From an uncultured virus (IMG/VR IMGVR_UViG_3300038415_000320) (taxonomy: Duplodnaviria; Heunggongvirae; Uroviricota; Caudoviricetes): DNA of 64,000 nucleotides. The notes under the pieces are model-generated. The model was not told the origin of the DNA, did not search any database, and saw only the letters and a program-made list of their open reading frames with translations. The stretch lies in IMG/VR virus record IMGVR_UViG_3300038415_000320; one strand, 5' to 3'. Made by a program: the position numbers and the translations under genes. How positions within the stretch are numbered: position 1 is the first letter of the stretch; every line of letters starts with the position of its first letter. Below, one piece after another: positions 1 to 7,891 of this stretch.

Positions 1-127
1 TGGTGTCTGCCTGTGGAGGGATTGCTGCCCGAGGGCTCCCGTCGAAGCAGGAAACTGAAGGTAAAACTGCGTGTTCCACGTCGTTAGCCTTTGGAAAAGC
101 ACCTCCCTTCAGGGAGGTGTTGTTTAC
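1..127 (+). mobile_element. Right end of an IS200/IS605-family (tnpB) element, including the reRNA/omegaRNA scaffold region
   Basis: GCCTGTGGAG...GAAGCAGGAA motifs typical of tnpB 3' ends, then the subterminal hairpin AAGCACCTCCC-TTCA-GGGAGGTG ending in TTTAC at 127. Confidence 0.75.
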
Positions 128-176
128 TGTTGATCACCTTAAGGCTGCCTACTTGCACCTTGGTGGAACACTTTAA
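3..176 (+). CDS. tnpB: TnpB C-terminal tail (5'-partial at the window edge)
   Basis: Frame reads VSACGG...PSKQE..., the typical TnpB tail overlapping the reRNA; stop at 174-176. Confidence 0.6.
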   Translation: MSACGGIAARGLPSKQETEGKTACSTSLAFGKAPPFREVLFTVDHLKAAYLHLGGTL

Positions 177-183
177 AAATCGT

Positions 184-1014
184 TTAAGATGCTGCTCGAA
201 CTGCAGCGTCTGATAGCAAATCGTGGAAGGCGAAGCCATTGGGTGCTCGGCCGGTGGACATCTGCCACTTGTCGATGAGCACCATCCACATTTCATCACA
301 GCACTGCTCTTGCCAAGGCATGTCCCAGTAGGTTGCCTGACCCCAGGAGTTGCCGCCATTGATGGCAGGAGACGGTTTGCAGCACCAGATGCAGTGACCT
401 CCCCAAGTGCCAGGTCCCTTGCCTGCTGGGAAGCCTCCCTTGGGAACCGACCAGAACTGGCGGCCTTTCGAGTCTACCTGCCCTTGGGCTGTCAGAGGCA
501 AGCGGAAGCCGCCGATGGTGCCACAGCCGAGCCAGGAGGCCAAGGCGACCTCGGTAGGGTCGTTCCAGTTCACGGAAGCGTAGGCCACGGCTTTAGTGCC
601 ATAAAGCCCCAGCAGCTTCCAGATTTTGAGCATGACGCGTATGTTAAAACCGTTGTCGAACAGCTTGGAGCTGATTTTGTAGCCCCCTATGGCATAGGCG
701 TCGATCACCATCTGAGGGGTAACGGTGATGGGCTGGCCTGTCTGCTGACCGACCATTTTCACCATGTGGCCGGGGCCTGAGAATACGCAGCAACCGGCGT
801 AGTTGTTCGCCAATGGATCTACATCTGGAGTTGGTAGGGAGCCAGCTGGTGTGGGGAAAGCATCCCAATCATGTGCCAAGGGACAGGATTCTGAGGCGAT
901 GAGCTTCGACTTGTCGATATAGTTTGAGAGTTTCAAGTCTCTGGTATCAAGCTCGAAAGGCAACTTTCCAAGCGGCAGTTTGCACCAGTCGGCCAGGTTG
1001 AAAGAGGAGGTCAT
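184..1014 (-). CDS. Papain-like (C1-type) cysteine peptidase, phage type
   Basis: NNYAGCCV (catalytic Cys), WGGHCI (His), NSWG (Asn); ATGA coupling with the upstream gene. Confidence 0.7.
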   Translation of the reverse strand: MTSSFNLADWCKLPLGKLPFELDTRDLKLSNYIDKSKLIASESCPLAHDWDAFPTPAGSLPTPDVDPLANNYAGCCVFSGPGHMVKMVGQQTGQPITVTPQMVIDAYAIGGYKISSKLFDNGFNIRVMLKIWKLLGLYGTKAVAYASVNWNDPTEVALASWLGCGTIGGFRLPLTAQGQVDSKGRQFWSVPKGGFPAGKGPGTWGGHCIWCCKPSPAINGGNSWGQATYWDMPWQEQCCDEMWMVLIDKWQMSTGRAPNGFAFHDLLSDAAVRAAS

Positions 1015-1397
1015 CGTCGCACTCCGATTTGATGATCGAAGATCCATTTGTTAGCGCGACCGGCAGCAGCTTGCACCTGGGAAGTGGCAGTTTTCATTGC
1101 GATATCGTGTTGCCACGTCATGTTCAAGTTGACCAGCGAGCAGACAATAACATCGCGAGTTAAACTGTCGGCTGCTGCAACCATACAAGCGTCGATCGGT
1201 GAATAACCGTCACAGCAGTGCTGAACACTTAATGTGGCTTGTCCTTGCTGTTCTGAAATCGAGACGTCACTGCAATCAGCTCGATATTGGGCAAAAATGT
1301 CGGGAGTGATAACAGTAGCTGGCGGTATTGGCCCCGGAGTTGGTAGGGGAGCACAGCTAAAAACCCAAACAATAATCAAAAGCCAGAAATTTCGCAT
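1011..1397 (-). CDS. Putative lipoprotein
   Basis: Hydrophobic N-terminus ending VFSC (lipobox-like), Pro-rich linker, several Cys. Confidence 0.5.
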   Translation of the reverse strand: MRNFWLLIIVWVFSCAPLPTPGPIPPATVITPDIFAQYRADCSDVSISEQQGQATLSVQHCCDGYSPIDACMVAAADSLTRDVIVCSLVNLNMTWQHDIAMKTATSQVQAAAGRANKWIFDHQIGVRR

Positions 1398-1410
1398 GGA
1401 GAAAGAAATT

Positions 1411-2367
1411 CTAGATGTTCACGTTAATGGGCAGTCCCACCACAGCATCCTGATCGGCCACAAAGACATTGACTGCCGTTGGGGCTGGAGTTCCAGCTGT
1501 GATGATAGGCTGGCCCGGTTGTGGACCTGTTGAAACGTCAATAGTGCCTTCGTTTCCTAGAGCTTGAGCAGCATTTGGGACGAATCCTTGAGGAGGCGGC
1601 TGAATGACAACATCAAGAGTAGGACTACTTGTACGACTTATGTCTTGTGCTCCTTCGCGTTGAACATCTAACACGAAGGTGTCTCCTATTACTGGCAGGG
1701 TTAGAGTGGGCACCGAAGGGTCATTTGGATCTGATTGATCAACGACCACAAAGTTGGTGCTGAAGCTCGTAATGGTGCGCGTAGCCCCATGATCTGTTGC
1801 CGTAAGGGTGTCGTCTGAAAAGACAATCTGACGTCCTAAAATCGAGACGGGGTAGGAAGTCAGCGCAGGTGGAGCAACTGATAAGGCATACCGAGTTGTG
1901 GTTGGTCCGGCCGGATTCCATAAATTGTTGGCATCATAAACACCAGTGATCACACAAAGAACAGTGGTTTCCTCGGAGTTGTTCGTCTGGATGCTATCAG
2001 CTGGACCTACAACTAAGAACTCTCCAGGCGTTACAAAACGCTTGCCGGCTGCCGGGTTCATTGGATCTACATAGACCCAGGTTCCCTGGCCAATGCATTG
2101 AGAATCAACACTTATTTCTGATGCAAAAGGGATCGGAGATGCTAGTACCGCGCCACCGGTTGGTACTTGAGTGACACGTACTTCAGCCGGGGTTGGAAAA
2201 ACTGAAGCTTCAACCCCGTTTGCAGCCGGTGGATAGCCCTGGTCGCCTGCCTCAGTAAGCTCATCGCGCTGCTCGGGAGTGGCTAGTCGAATGCTGTTGT
2301 TTGGATCTGGATTCCCATAGACCTCATCGGCTACATTGACAATGCCAGGGTTGGTTACATCAGCCAT
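1411..2367 (-). CDS. Acidic Pro/Thr/Val-rich protein, putative virion structural protein
   Basis: 318-aa ORF with a GGAG RBS, beta-rich composition, in the structural cluster. Confidence 0.5.
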   Translation of the reverse strand: MADVTNPGIVNVADEVYGNPDPNNSIRLATPEQRDELTEAGDQGYPPAANGVEASVFPTPAEVRVTQVPTGGAVLASPIPFASEISVDSQCIGQGTWVYVDPMNPAAGKRFVTPGEFLVVGPADSIQTNNSEETTVLCVITGVYDANNLWNPAGPTTTRYALSVAPPALTSYPVSILGRQIVFSDDTLTATDHGATRTITSFSTNFVVVDQSDPNDPSVPTLTLPVIGDTFVLDVQREGAQDISRTSSPTLDVVIQPPPQGFVPNAAQALGNEGTIDVSTGPQPGQPIITAGTPAPTAVNVFVADQDAVVGLPINVNI

Positions 2368-2376
2368 GGGGCTCCT

Positions 2377-2637
2377 CTACACACGAGCGTTGATATTGTT
2401 GGATAGACACTTGAGCGTGCCGTACGCGATGAGTACCCCACCTGTAATCATTGCAATCTTTACTGGTTTAGGAACGGTCTTGTAAACCATCAGAAGCGAT
2501 GAGGTTCCAGACTTCACACTGTCCGAAAGGTCGCTTCCACACACGTCGACTGTTGAATCTTCCCGAGAGAAGCTTCGCGGGCTACTATTCAAAAACAGAT
2601 CGTGTGCCATAGAATATCCCATGCCTATCCGGTTCAT
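2377..2637 (-). CDS. Small protein with a C-terminal hydrophobic segment
   Basis: GGAGG RBS before MNRIGMG; the start is uncertain (the ORF extends to 2886). Confidence 0.45.
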   Translation of the reverse strand: MNRIGMGYSMAHDLFLNSSPRSFSREDSTVDVCGSDLSDSVKSGTSSLLMVYKTVPKPVKIAMITGGVLIAYGTLKCLSNNINARV

Positions 2638-2842
2638 ACACCTAAACTCCTCCAACGAACGCCACGTCTGTGAAACTAGGGTGTTTACAATCTGCGTCGT
2701 ACAACTCGGCGTAGGTGAGGCTTTCGGTATTTGAGCCGATGCCCAAGATCGAACGGAAGCTGTTGAACGGATAAGCATGGTTGATTCCTTGCCTATCTGG
2801 TTGACACCTTTAAGATTAAAACGAGCTTGTCCATCGGAATGA

Positions 2843-3235
2843 TTATTCTGGAATTGAATACCGAGGATGATCGGGACGTGGTTCAAGAATCAAGAAGTAG
2901 GTTGCTGTGTTGGGATTTCGTTTTGAGTACAGGGTTAAGAGTGGTTTCTTATCGAGGTTCGTCATGGACATCCACTTATCTACTATTTTCTTGTAAGGAG
3001 GGAGCAGTCGTTTGTACTCGTCGTCTGTGACGAGCAGGGGCTCGTGATAGTAGGGTTCGGTGGATCCACGCTTCCGTGACTCATCGATATTCTTGTTGAT
3101 CCGGTTTGTTTCGATCATGTGGTCTTGTAGGGACTTCACAATGGTCTGGTTGAGAACTTTTTGCTTGTCGCTCACGCTGACTTCGTTGTCGCCGAGAATT
3201 TCGTGTCGTCCCATAGAATCGGTTTTCAAGTACAT
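2843..3235 (-). CDS. Hypothetical virion-associated protein, N-terminal paralog of 4345..4731
   Basis: MYLKTDSMGRHEILGDNEVS vs MFLKTDSLGHHELLDDGEVC. Confidence 0.6.
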   Translation of the reverse strand: MYLKTDSMGRHEILGDNEVSVSDKQKVLNQTIVKSLQDHMIETNRINKNIDESRKRGSTEPYYHEPLLVTDDEYKRLLPPYKKIVDKWMSMTNLDKKPLLTLYSKRNPNTATYFLILEPRPDHPRYSIPE

Positions 3236-3291
3236 TAGAGTTCTCCCATTGAATTGACGGGGTGTGTGAGCCGGATAAGCATGGAATATCC

Positions 3292-4272
3292 TTAGTGTTT
3301 GGCGTATCCCATCAATCGGGACAACTCGCCTTGCTCACTACTTGTTAGGAACTTGCGTTCTTCACGAGACCAACCAATGACGGCATCGACATCGAACTCG
3401 CCATCGCCAAGGAGGATCTCGTTGGTCAGGTAGGCCCCCATTTCGGCATCTCCGTAGCGCATGACACCTTCGAGTGTATCACCACGCTTGGCCATCAAGT
3501 CGACCACTTTCTTGTCGAGCTTGACTGCAATGCCGCCGTTGTAGCCAGAGGGTTTCTCTGGATCTACAACCATGACTTCAGGGGCCTTGGCGAATTTGAT
3601 GATGACCGGAGCGGTTCCATCCTTGAGCTTGTTGGCCATGTCGGCGTCATGGAACTCCTTTTCCTTGCCCATGCCGAGCACCAACGATGGATCTTCAAGT
3701 CGACCGTCTGGTAGATAGGTGAGAGCGTGATAGTGGTAGTTCCCTTGGGGACCACGACGCCATTTCGCAAACGGTTTCGCTCGAATGCCGCCTTTGACCT
3801 TCGACCATCCCGACCAGTCTGCCTGTCCAGACAGTGGTACAGGGGCGCCAGGCTCAGCAGGCTGCGGATAGCGGGGGTCTGCGACCTCGGTCTTGCCAGG
3901 CTTGCCTGGGAAGGGGCGCTCGTAATGGAAGGGCAGCTCGCGAAGCTCGGCGACTCTATAACACGCCAGGTCTTCACAATCGGCCCAGATGCCTGGGTAG
4001 ATCCCTTTGCCCATGGTACCCATGAGCAGCGAGGGTACATCCGGCCAAATCTCGGTGCCTTTTTCAGTTTCATAGTGAAGGCCTGAGCGATAGACCGAGG
4101 GATAGTTGTTAGGCACCAGACCGCGTTGTTTGAATGCCTCGAACTGTTGGAAATGGGTCTGGTTGACGCGGCAAAGGCCTTCCATTAGGAACAGCATCCT
4201 CTTTTGGGACCAGATCTGATCCCAATCGCCTCGAAACATCTGGCAGCGGAAGACAATGTTCGGCATCCCCAT
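3292..4272 (-). CDS. Transglutaminase-like cysteine protease (putative virion maturation protease)
   Basis: WADCEDLAC..AEL (Cys), YHYHAL (His), PDGRLEDPS.VLGM (Asp) triad pattern. Confidence 0.65.
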   Translation of the reverse strand: MGMPNIVFRCQMFRGDWDQIWSQKRMLFLMEGLCRVNQTHFQQFEAFKQRGLVPNNYPSVYRSGLHYETEKGTEIWPDVPSLLMGTMGKGIYPGIWADCEDLACYRVAELRELPFHYERPFPGKPGKTEVADPRYPQPAEPGAPVPLSGQADWSGWSKVKGGIRAKPFAKWRRGPQGNYHYHALTYLPDGRLEDPSLVLGMGKEKEFHDADMANKLKDGTAPVIIKFAKAPEVMVVDPEKPSGYNGGIAVKLDKKVVDLMAKRGDTLEGVMRYGDAEMGAYLTNEILLGDGEFDVDAVIGWSREERKFLTSSEQGELSRLMGYAKH

Positions 4273-4344
4273 GGTAGTGATCCTTATTGCGTTAGGTAAG
4301 CAGTGTTATTGATCGCTGACTGAGTTGACATCTACAGACGAGAA

Positions 4345-4731
4345 CTATGACTTGTTAGCTAACCGATTTTTCGATCGGAGGTTATTCAGACAGTAGTCCA
4401 TGTACATCATAAATCTCGTGACGACTTTTTGAACTGCGTAGGGACCAGGAAATTCTTTTAATACTCGACTGGCTGTTCCTTGAGGAGCGTTTTCTTTGGC
4501 AGCCATTTGGTACAACCAGGCAGTGTCTTTGCTGGTGAGAGGATTCACAAACGTCTTGTCAGTAGCAATGGTCTCGTTGTAGGACTTGTCGAATGAACCG
4601 GCAAGGTCGAGGAAATGATTGTATTCACTAGTGGTTAGATAGGTGAAGGCTTGGTGAGGATCATCACCAGAACACACCTCACCGTCGTCCAACAATTCAT
4701 GATGACCTAGACTGTCAGTTTTTAAAAACAT
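4345..4731 (-). CDS. Hypothetical virion-associated protein, N-terminal paralog of 2843..3235
   Basis: Shared M[FY]LKTDS.G.HE.L N-terminus. Confidence 0.6.
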   Translation of the reverse strand: MFLKTDSLGHHELLDDGEVCSGDDPHQAFTYLTTSEYNHFLDLAGSFDKSYNETIATDKTFVNPLTSKDTAWLYQMAAKENAPQGTASRVLKEFPGPYAVQKVVTRFMMYMDYCLNNLRSKNRLANKS

Positions 4732-4895
4732 CGCACCTATCTTCTTGGTAATAGCGTTTATCGGTAGCCAAACACCAACTGTCTGAGAGTCTATGGAGCC
4801 GCTTGTGACTCATCTGCAAGCACATCAACATGAGACTCTTTCTGCCAGGAGCCAAAGCTCAACTAGCGAAAACTATCGGGGGTTTTTCAGAAAGG

Positions 4896-4943
4896 TAGCC
4901 CCCAGAGCCGGACAAACCCACCCATGTCACGGCTCTGGGGCTA
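4896..4943 (-). terminator. Strong stem-loop downstream of the small structural genes
   Basis: TAGCCCCCAGAGCCG-GACA...TGTC-A-CGGCTCTGGGGCTA inverted repeat. Confidence 0.5.
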
Positions 4944-5001
4944 TTCAATTGTCGGACTACAGGCGGGAGGATCGCCTGATAACTTCTACGAAGGCGCACT
5001 T

Positions 5002-5340
5002 CTACGAAGGCGCACCCTGCGGAGGCGTGATGATGGTTCGGAGGATGAGGATGTCGAAATCTCCATCCGCCAACGTTGCTCCCTTGTACATTTCCACGAC
5101 TTTGGTCGCAGGGTCACTATCTCCTACAGTGGCTGACATCTGGCCGGTACCATGAGGTTGCACGAAGATGAGATCTCTATTTACATTTTGAGTCTTATTG
5201 GCAGGAAGGATGACATTGTAAACGCCAGCCCCTGTTCTTGTAGTTGTCACGCCACAGTTGATGTTGGCTGAAGTGCCATCACTAGCAACTTCAGCATAGG
5301 CAACAATGGCGAGACCTGCCAAGTCAAATAGTGTGTTCAT
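5002..5340 (-). CDS. Small beta-rich virion protein (paralog of 5368..5751)
   Basis: MNTLFD.AGLAIVAYAEV..GTS and G.TLADG.F..LILRT are shared with the neighbour. Confidence 0.7.
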   Translation of the reverse strand: MNTLFDLAGLAIVAYAEVASDGTSANINCGVTTTRTGAGVYNVILPANKTQNVNRDLIFVQPHGTGQMSATVGDSDPATKVVEMYKGATLADGDFDILILRTIITPPQGAPS

Positions 5341-5367
5341 CTTCGTTGCCTCCGAGGATGCCAGTTG

Positions 5368-5751
5368 TTAGGTAGCAGTGTTGCCCGCAGGCGTTGGCAG
5401 GACAGTGCGGAGGATCAAAACCGAGAACTGTCCATCAGCCAGCGTTCCACCGGTGTAGACGTTCACCAAGAAGGTGCCGCTACCATCCGAATTGGGGATG
5501 TTGGTTGGATCTGCGGTGACAAACGTTGCACTCAGTCCAATCGGATTGACAATGACCAAATCGCGCGGGTACTGACCAGCAACGGCGGGGCCTTGAACCT
5601 TGCCCGATGGAAGAGTGATAGCGTATTGACCAGTGGTGTTGGGCACCTTGGCAGTGCCGATGCCACTGTTAAGTGATGGTGAGGTGCCGTTTGCAAGAAC
5701 TTCTGCATAGGCAACAATGGCCAGACCGGCCGAGTCGAATAGAGTATTCAT
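5368..5751 (-). CDS. Small beta-rich virion protein (paralog of 5002..5340)
   Basis: Strong AAGGAG RBS; tandem paralog. Confidence 0.7.
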   Translation of the reverse strand: MNTLFDSAGLAIVAYAEVLANGTSPSLNSGIGTAKVPNTTGQYAITLPSGKVQGPAVAGQYPRDLVIVNPIGLSATFVTADPTNIPNSDGSGTFLVNVYTGGTLADGQFSVLILRTVLPTPAGNTAT

Positions 5752-5793
5752 CTTGATTTCTCCTTGAAGGCGTTTATTGAAGAAGTGGTATCC

Positions 5794-5824
5794 TCATCAG
5801 GGGAGTGTTGATTTCCCCTGATGA
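5794..5824 (-). terminator. Stem-loop directly downstream of the candidate capsid gene
   Basis: TCATCAGGGGA-GTGTTGATT-TCCCCTGATGA, perfect 11-bp stem. Confidence 0.5.
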
Positions 5825-5838
5825 AGCTACCGGATGAA

Positions 5839-6441
5839 CTACTCGACGGCAGGACCGACGAGACCGCCCTGGAAGTTGCGGGGCTGAGGATTCTGGTTCG
5901 TCACAGAGATCGTCACGAACATCGAGATCTGAGCAGTGTCCATCTTCAGACGGACGCCAAACGCGTTCTCAGTGAACATGACGGCCGGCAGTGCACCAGT
6001 CGAAACGAGCTGGCTGTTCTTACCAACCTTGATGTCGGTGATGAGGAAGTCCACCGCGATGTTCGAGGGGACAACGAGACGCTCAGGACGGAAGATGACC
6101 TGGGGCTGAACGTTGATGTTCGCTGAGCTGTTGCCGGCTACCGAGGTGCTGCCGAGACCGAGAGCGTACTCACGCGAGCTGCGGGGCGAGACAGATCGCA
6201 GTAGCGATCCAGCGGCCACGCGGCGACGAAGCAGGTCACGAGCCATCGCCTGCTTCTTGGCATTGCTCTTTCGCTTGAGCACTGCTCCGAGAATATCGTC
6301 CCCAGAATTGTCGTCACCCACGAAGGCTCCAGCATCGTCGCCAGCTTCATCGCCATCGAGCAAATCACCGAGGATTTCGGTGGTCTCGAAGCCGAGAGAG
6401 TCATCGCCATCGAGCAGGTCGCCGTACATGTCTTTAACCAT
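5839..6441 (-). CDS. Candidate major capsid protein: acidic N-terminal region, basic helix, then a ~110-aa beta-sandwich (single jelly-roll-like) domain
   Basis: Alternating beta-strand pattern (FRPERLVV, FLITDIKVGKNSQL, VTISVTN, FQGGLVG); AAAGGA RBS; downstream hairpin; the fold is inferred, not computed. Confidence 0.55.
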   Translation of the reverse strand: MVKDMYGDLLDGDDSLGFETTEILGDLLDGDEAGDDAGAFVGDDNSGDDILGAVLKRKSNAKKQAMARDLLRRRVAAGSLLRSVSPRSSREYALGLGSTSVAGNSSANINVQPQVIFRPERLVVPSNIAVDFLITDIKVGKNSQLVSTGALPAVMFTENAFGVRLKMDTAQISMFVTISVTNQNPQPRNFQGGLVGPAVE

Positions 6442-6532
6442 TGTGTTTCCTTTTGTTGACTGGTTATTAGCCAGATTGAGATGTGATTTTTTGTTTCAAC
6501 TAACTAGTAAGGTATTTCAGGGACGGGCTGAA

Positions 6533-7000
6533 CTATTCAGCACGAACCAAGGATGCTAGCTCCTTGTCCGCAATCGTTGAGCCGCCAGCCGGAGCCTTGG
6601 CATCACCGAGCATCCCGGACATTCCCTTAGTGAGAGAGCCCGTGGAAGCCCACCGTTCACCCACGCGGTAGCCCGTTGTGGTGAAGAACGACGCCAAGGC
6701 GCCATCTCCCACAGCGTGCAGGTGGTGAGCATACGGTCGCGCGAACCCGAAGAGGCCGAGGATATGGAATCCCGCACCGGCCAAGAGATCAACCGGAAGT
6801 CCGAATGCCGTCAAACCACCCGACGCCTTGAACTTGCCTTGCAGCACGCCGAAGGTGAAGGATGAGAATGCGATTTCCGAAGCGCGAACGGTCTTCAGTT
6901 CCCGCGACAAGACGCTGTCGGCGCCTCGAAGCATGCTGCGAGCACCGTCTCGGTAGCTCCCAAATCGCGACATGATACTTCCGCTGCCAAGTTTCAACAT
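6533..7000 (-). CDS. Gly/Ala-rich membrane protein (putative internal-membrane virion protein)
   Basis: AGGAG RBS before MLKLGSG; 2-3 hydrophobic segments; directly upstream of the capsid candidate. Confidence 0.55.
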   Translation of the reverse strand: MLKLGSGSIMSRFGSYRDGARSMLRGADSVLSRELKTVRASEIAFSSFTFGVLQGKFKASGGLTAFGLPVDLLAGAGFHILGLFGFARPYAHHLHAVGDGALASFFTTTGYRVGERWASTGSLTKGMSGMLGDAKAPAGGSTIADKELASLVRAE

Positions 7001-7171
7001 GAGTAGATCTCCTATGGTCTGAGTTTCCGAGGCCACGGCCCCGATCTGATTTTTAAGCCCACTCGTGGGCCACATAGAAATTCTACCAGTGTCACGTAGT
7101 GCGAAACTGTATTCCCTTAATAGCGAAATTTGAGACTTAAAAATGTCTTTTCTTCGAGGATTTCGGTGGTT

Positions 7172-7285
7172 GATATTCGCAATTCGCGAATGTAGGAGCG
7201 ACGGGGAACAGTGAAAAATGAAGCTTGTGTGACGTATAAGACACGCTCTTTTTCATCGTTGCTAAATTCGCGAATTGCGAATATC
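7172..7285. promoter_or_regulatory. Pair of palindromic operators (ATTCGC-N5-GCGAAT) forming a perfect 20-bp inverted repeat
   Basis: GATATTCGCAATTCGCGAAT (7172-7191) and ATTCGCGAATTGCGAATATC (7266-7285) lie in the divergent intergenic region. Confidence 0.7.
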
Positions 7286-7296
7286 TTCACTGCACG

Positions 7297-7854
7297 ATGT
7301 TGAAGGCTCCCACACTGAAGGCTCAAGATGTTCTCGTGGCGTGCAAGCTATTTGCACTTGGCGAGTCCAGCTGGACGTACACGAGTGTGGCCACCGCAGT
7401 TGAGATCTCAGTCAGTGAGGTGCACGACGCGCTCAAACGCTGCCGAGCCGCTCAGTTGGTGGTGCCGATGCGCGATACAGAGGTCGTCTCTAAGAAGCAC
7501 TTCTACGATCTACTCGTGTTTGCCGTTCCCCGGATTTTCTATGCTGTGCGCGGTAGCTTAGACATGGGCTGGGTTACAGGGGCACATCTGCCTACACTAC
7601 TACCTGAATTCGATGGACTTCGACCGGGCTCATTAAAGGATGGCCTGCCTCTGGTGTGGCCCGATTCAAAGGGTACAACGCGCGGTGAGACCTTGCTTCC
7701 CATCTATCCGACGGTCCCTGAGGCGGCACGTAAAGATGAAGCCCTATATGAGATGCTGGCGCTGCTCGACGTTGTTCGGTTGGGAGATCACAAGTACAAA
7801 AAGAAGGCGATGGAACTTCTCGCGAAGAGAATCTTCGGGAAAGCGATAGACTGA
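7297..7854 (+). CDS. Winged-HTH protein resembling AbiEi-like/type IV TA antitoxins; no partner toxin
   Basis: LK.QDVLV..KL, IS.SEV...L.R HTH, VWP...G..RG, P.YPTVP.A...D..LYE.LAL.D..R.G. Confidence 0.65.
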   Translation: MLKAPTLKAQDVLVACKLFALGESSWTYTSVATAVEISVSEVHDALKRCRAAQLVVPMRDTEVVSKKHFYDLLVFAVPRIFYAVRGSLDMGWVTGAHLPTLLPEFDGLRPGSLKDGLPLVWPDSKGTTRGETLLPIYPTVPEAARKDEALYEMLALLDVVRLGDHKYKKKAMELLAKRIFGKAID

Positions 7855-7891
7855 AGTAACTGCCAATCATTGGTGGTGAAAGGACTTTCCC

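Noticed and set aside
4982..5013. 16-bp tandem duplication ACTTCTACGAAGGCGC near a stop codon (possible att site or target duplication)
   Set aside because: The copies are adjacent with nothing between them and no integrase is seen; likely slippage or an excision scar
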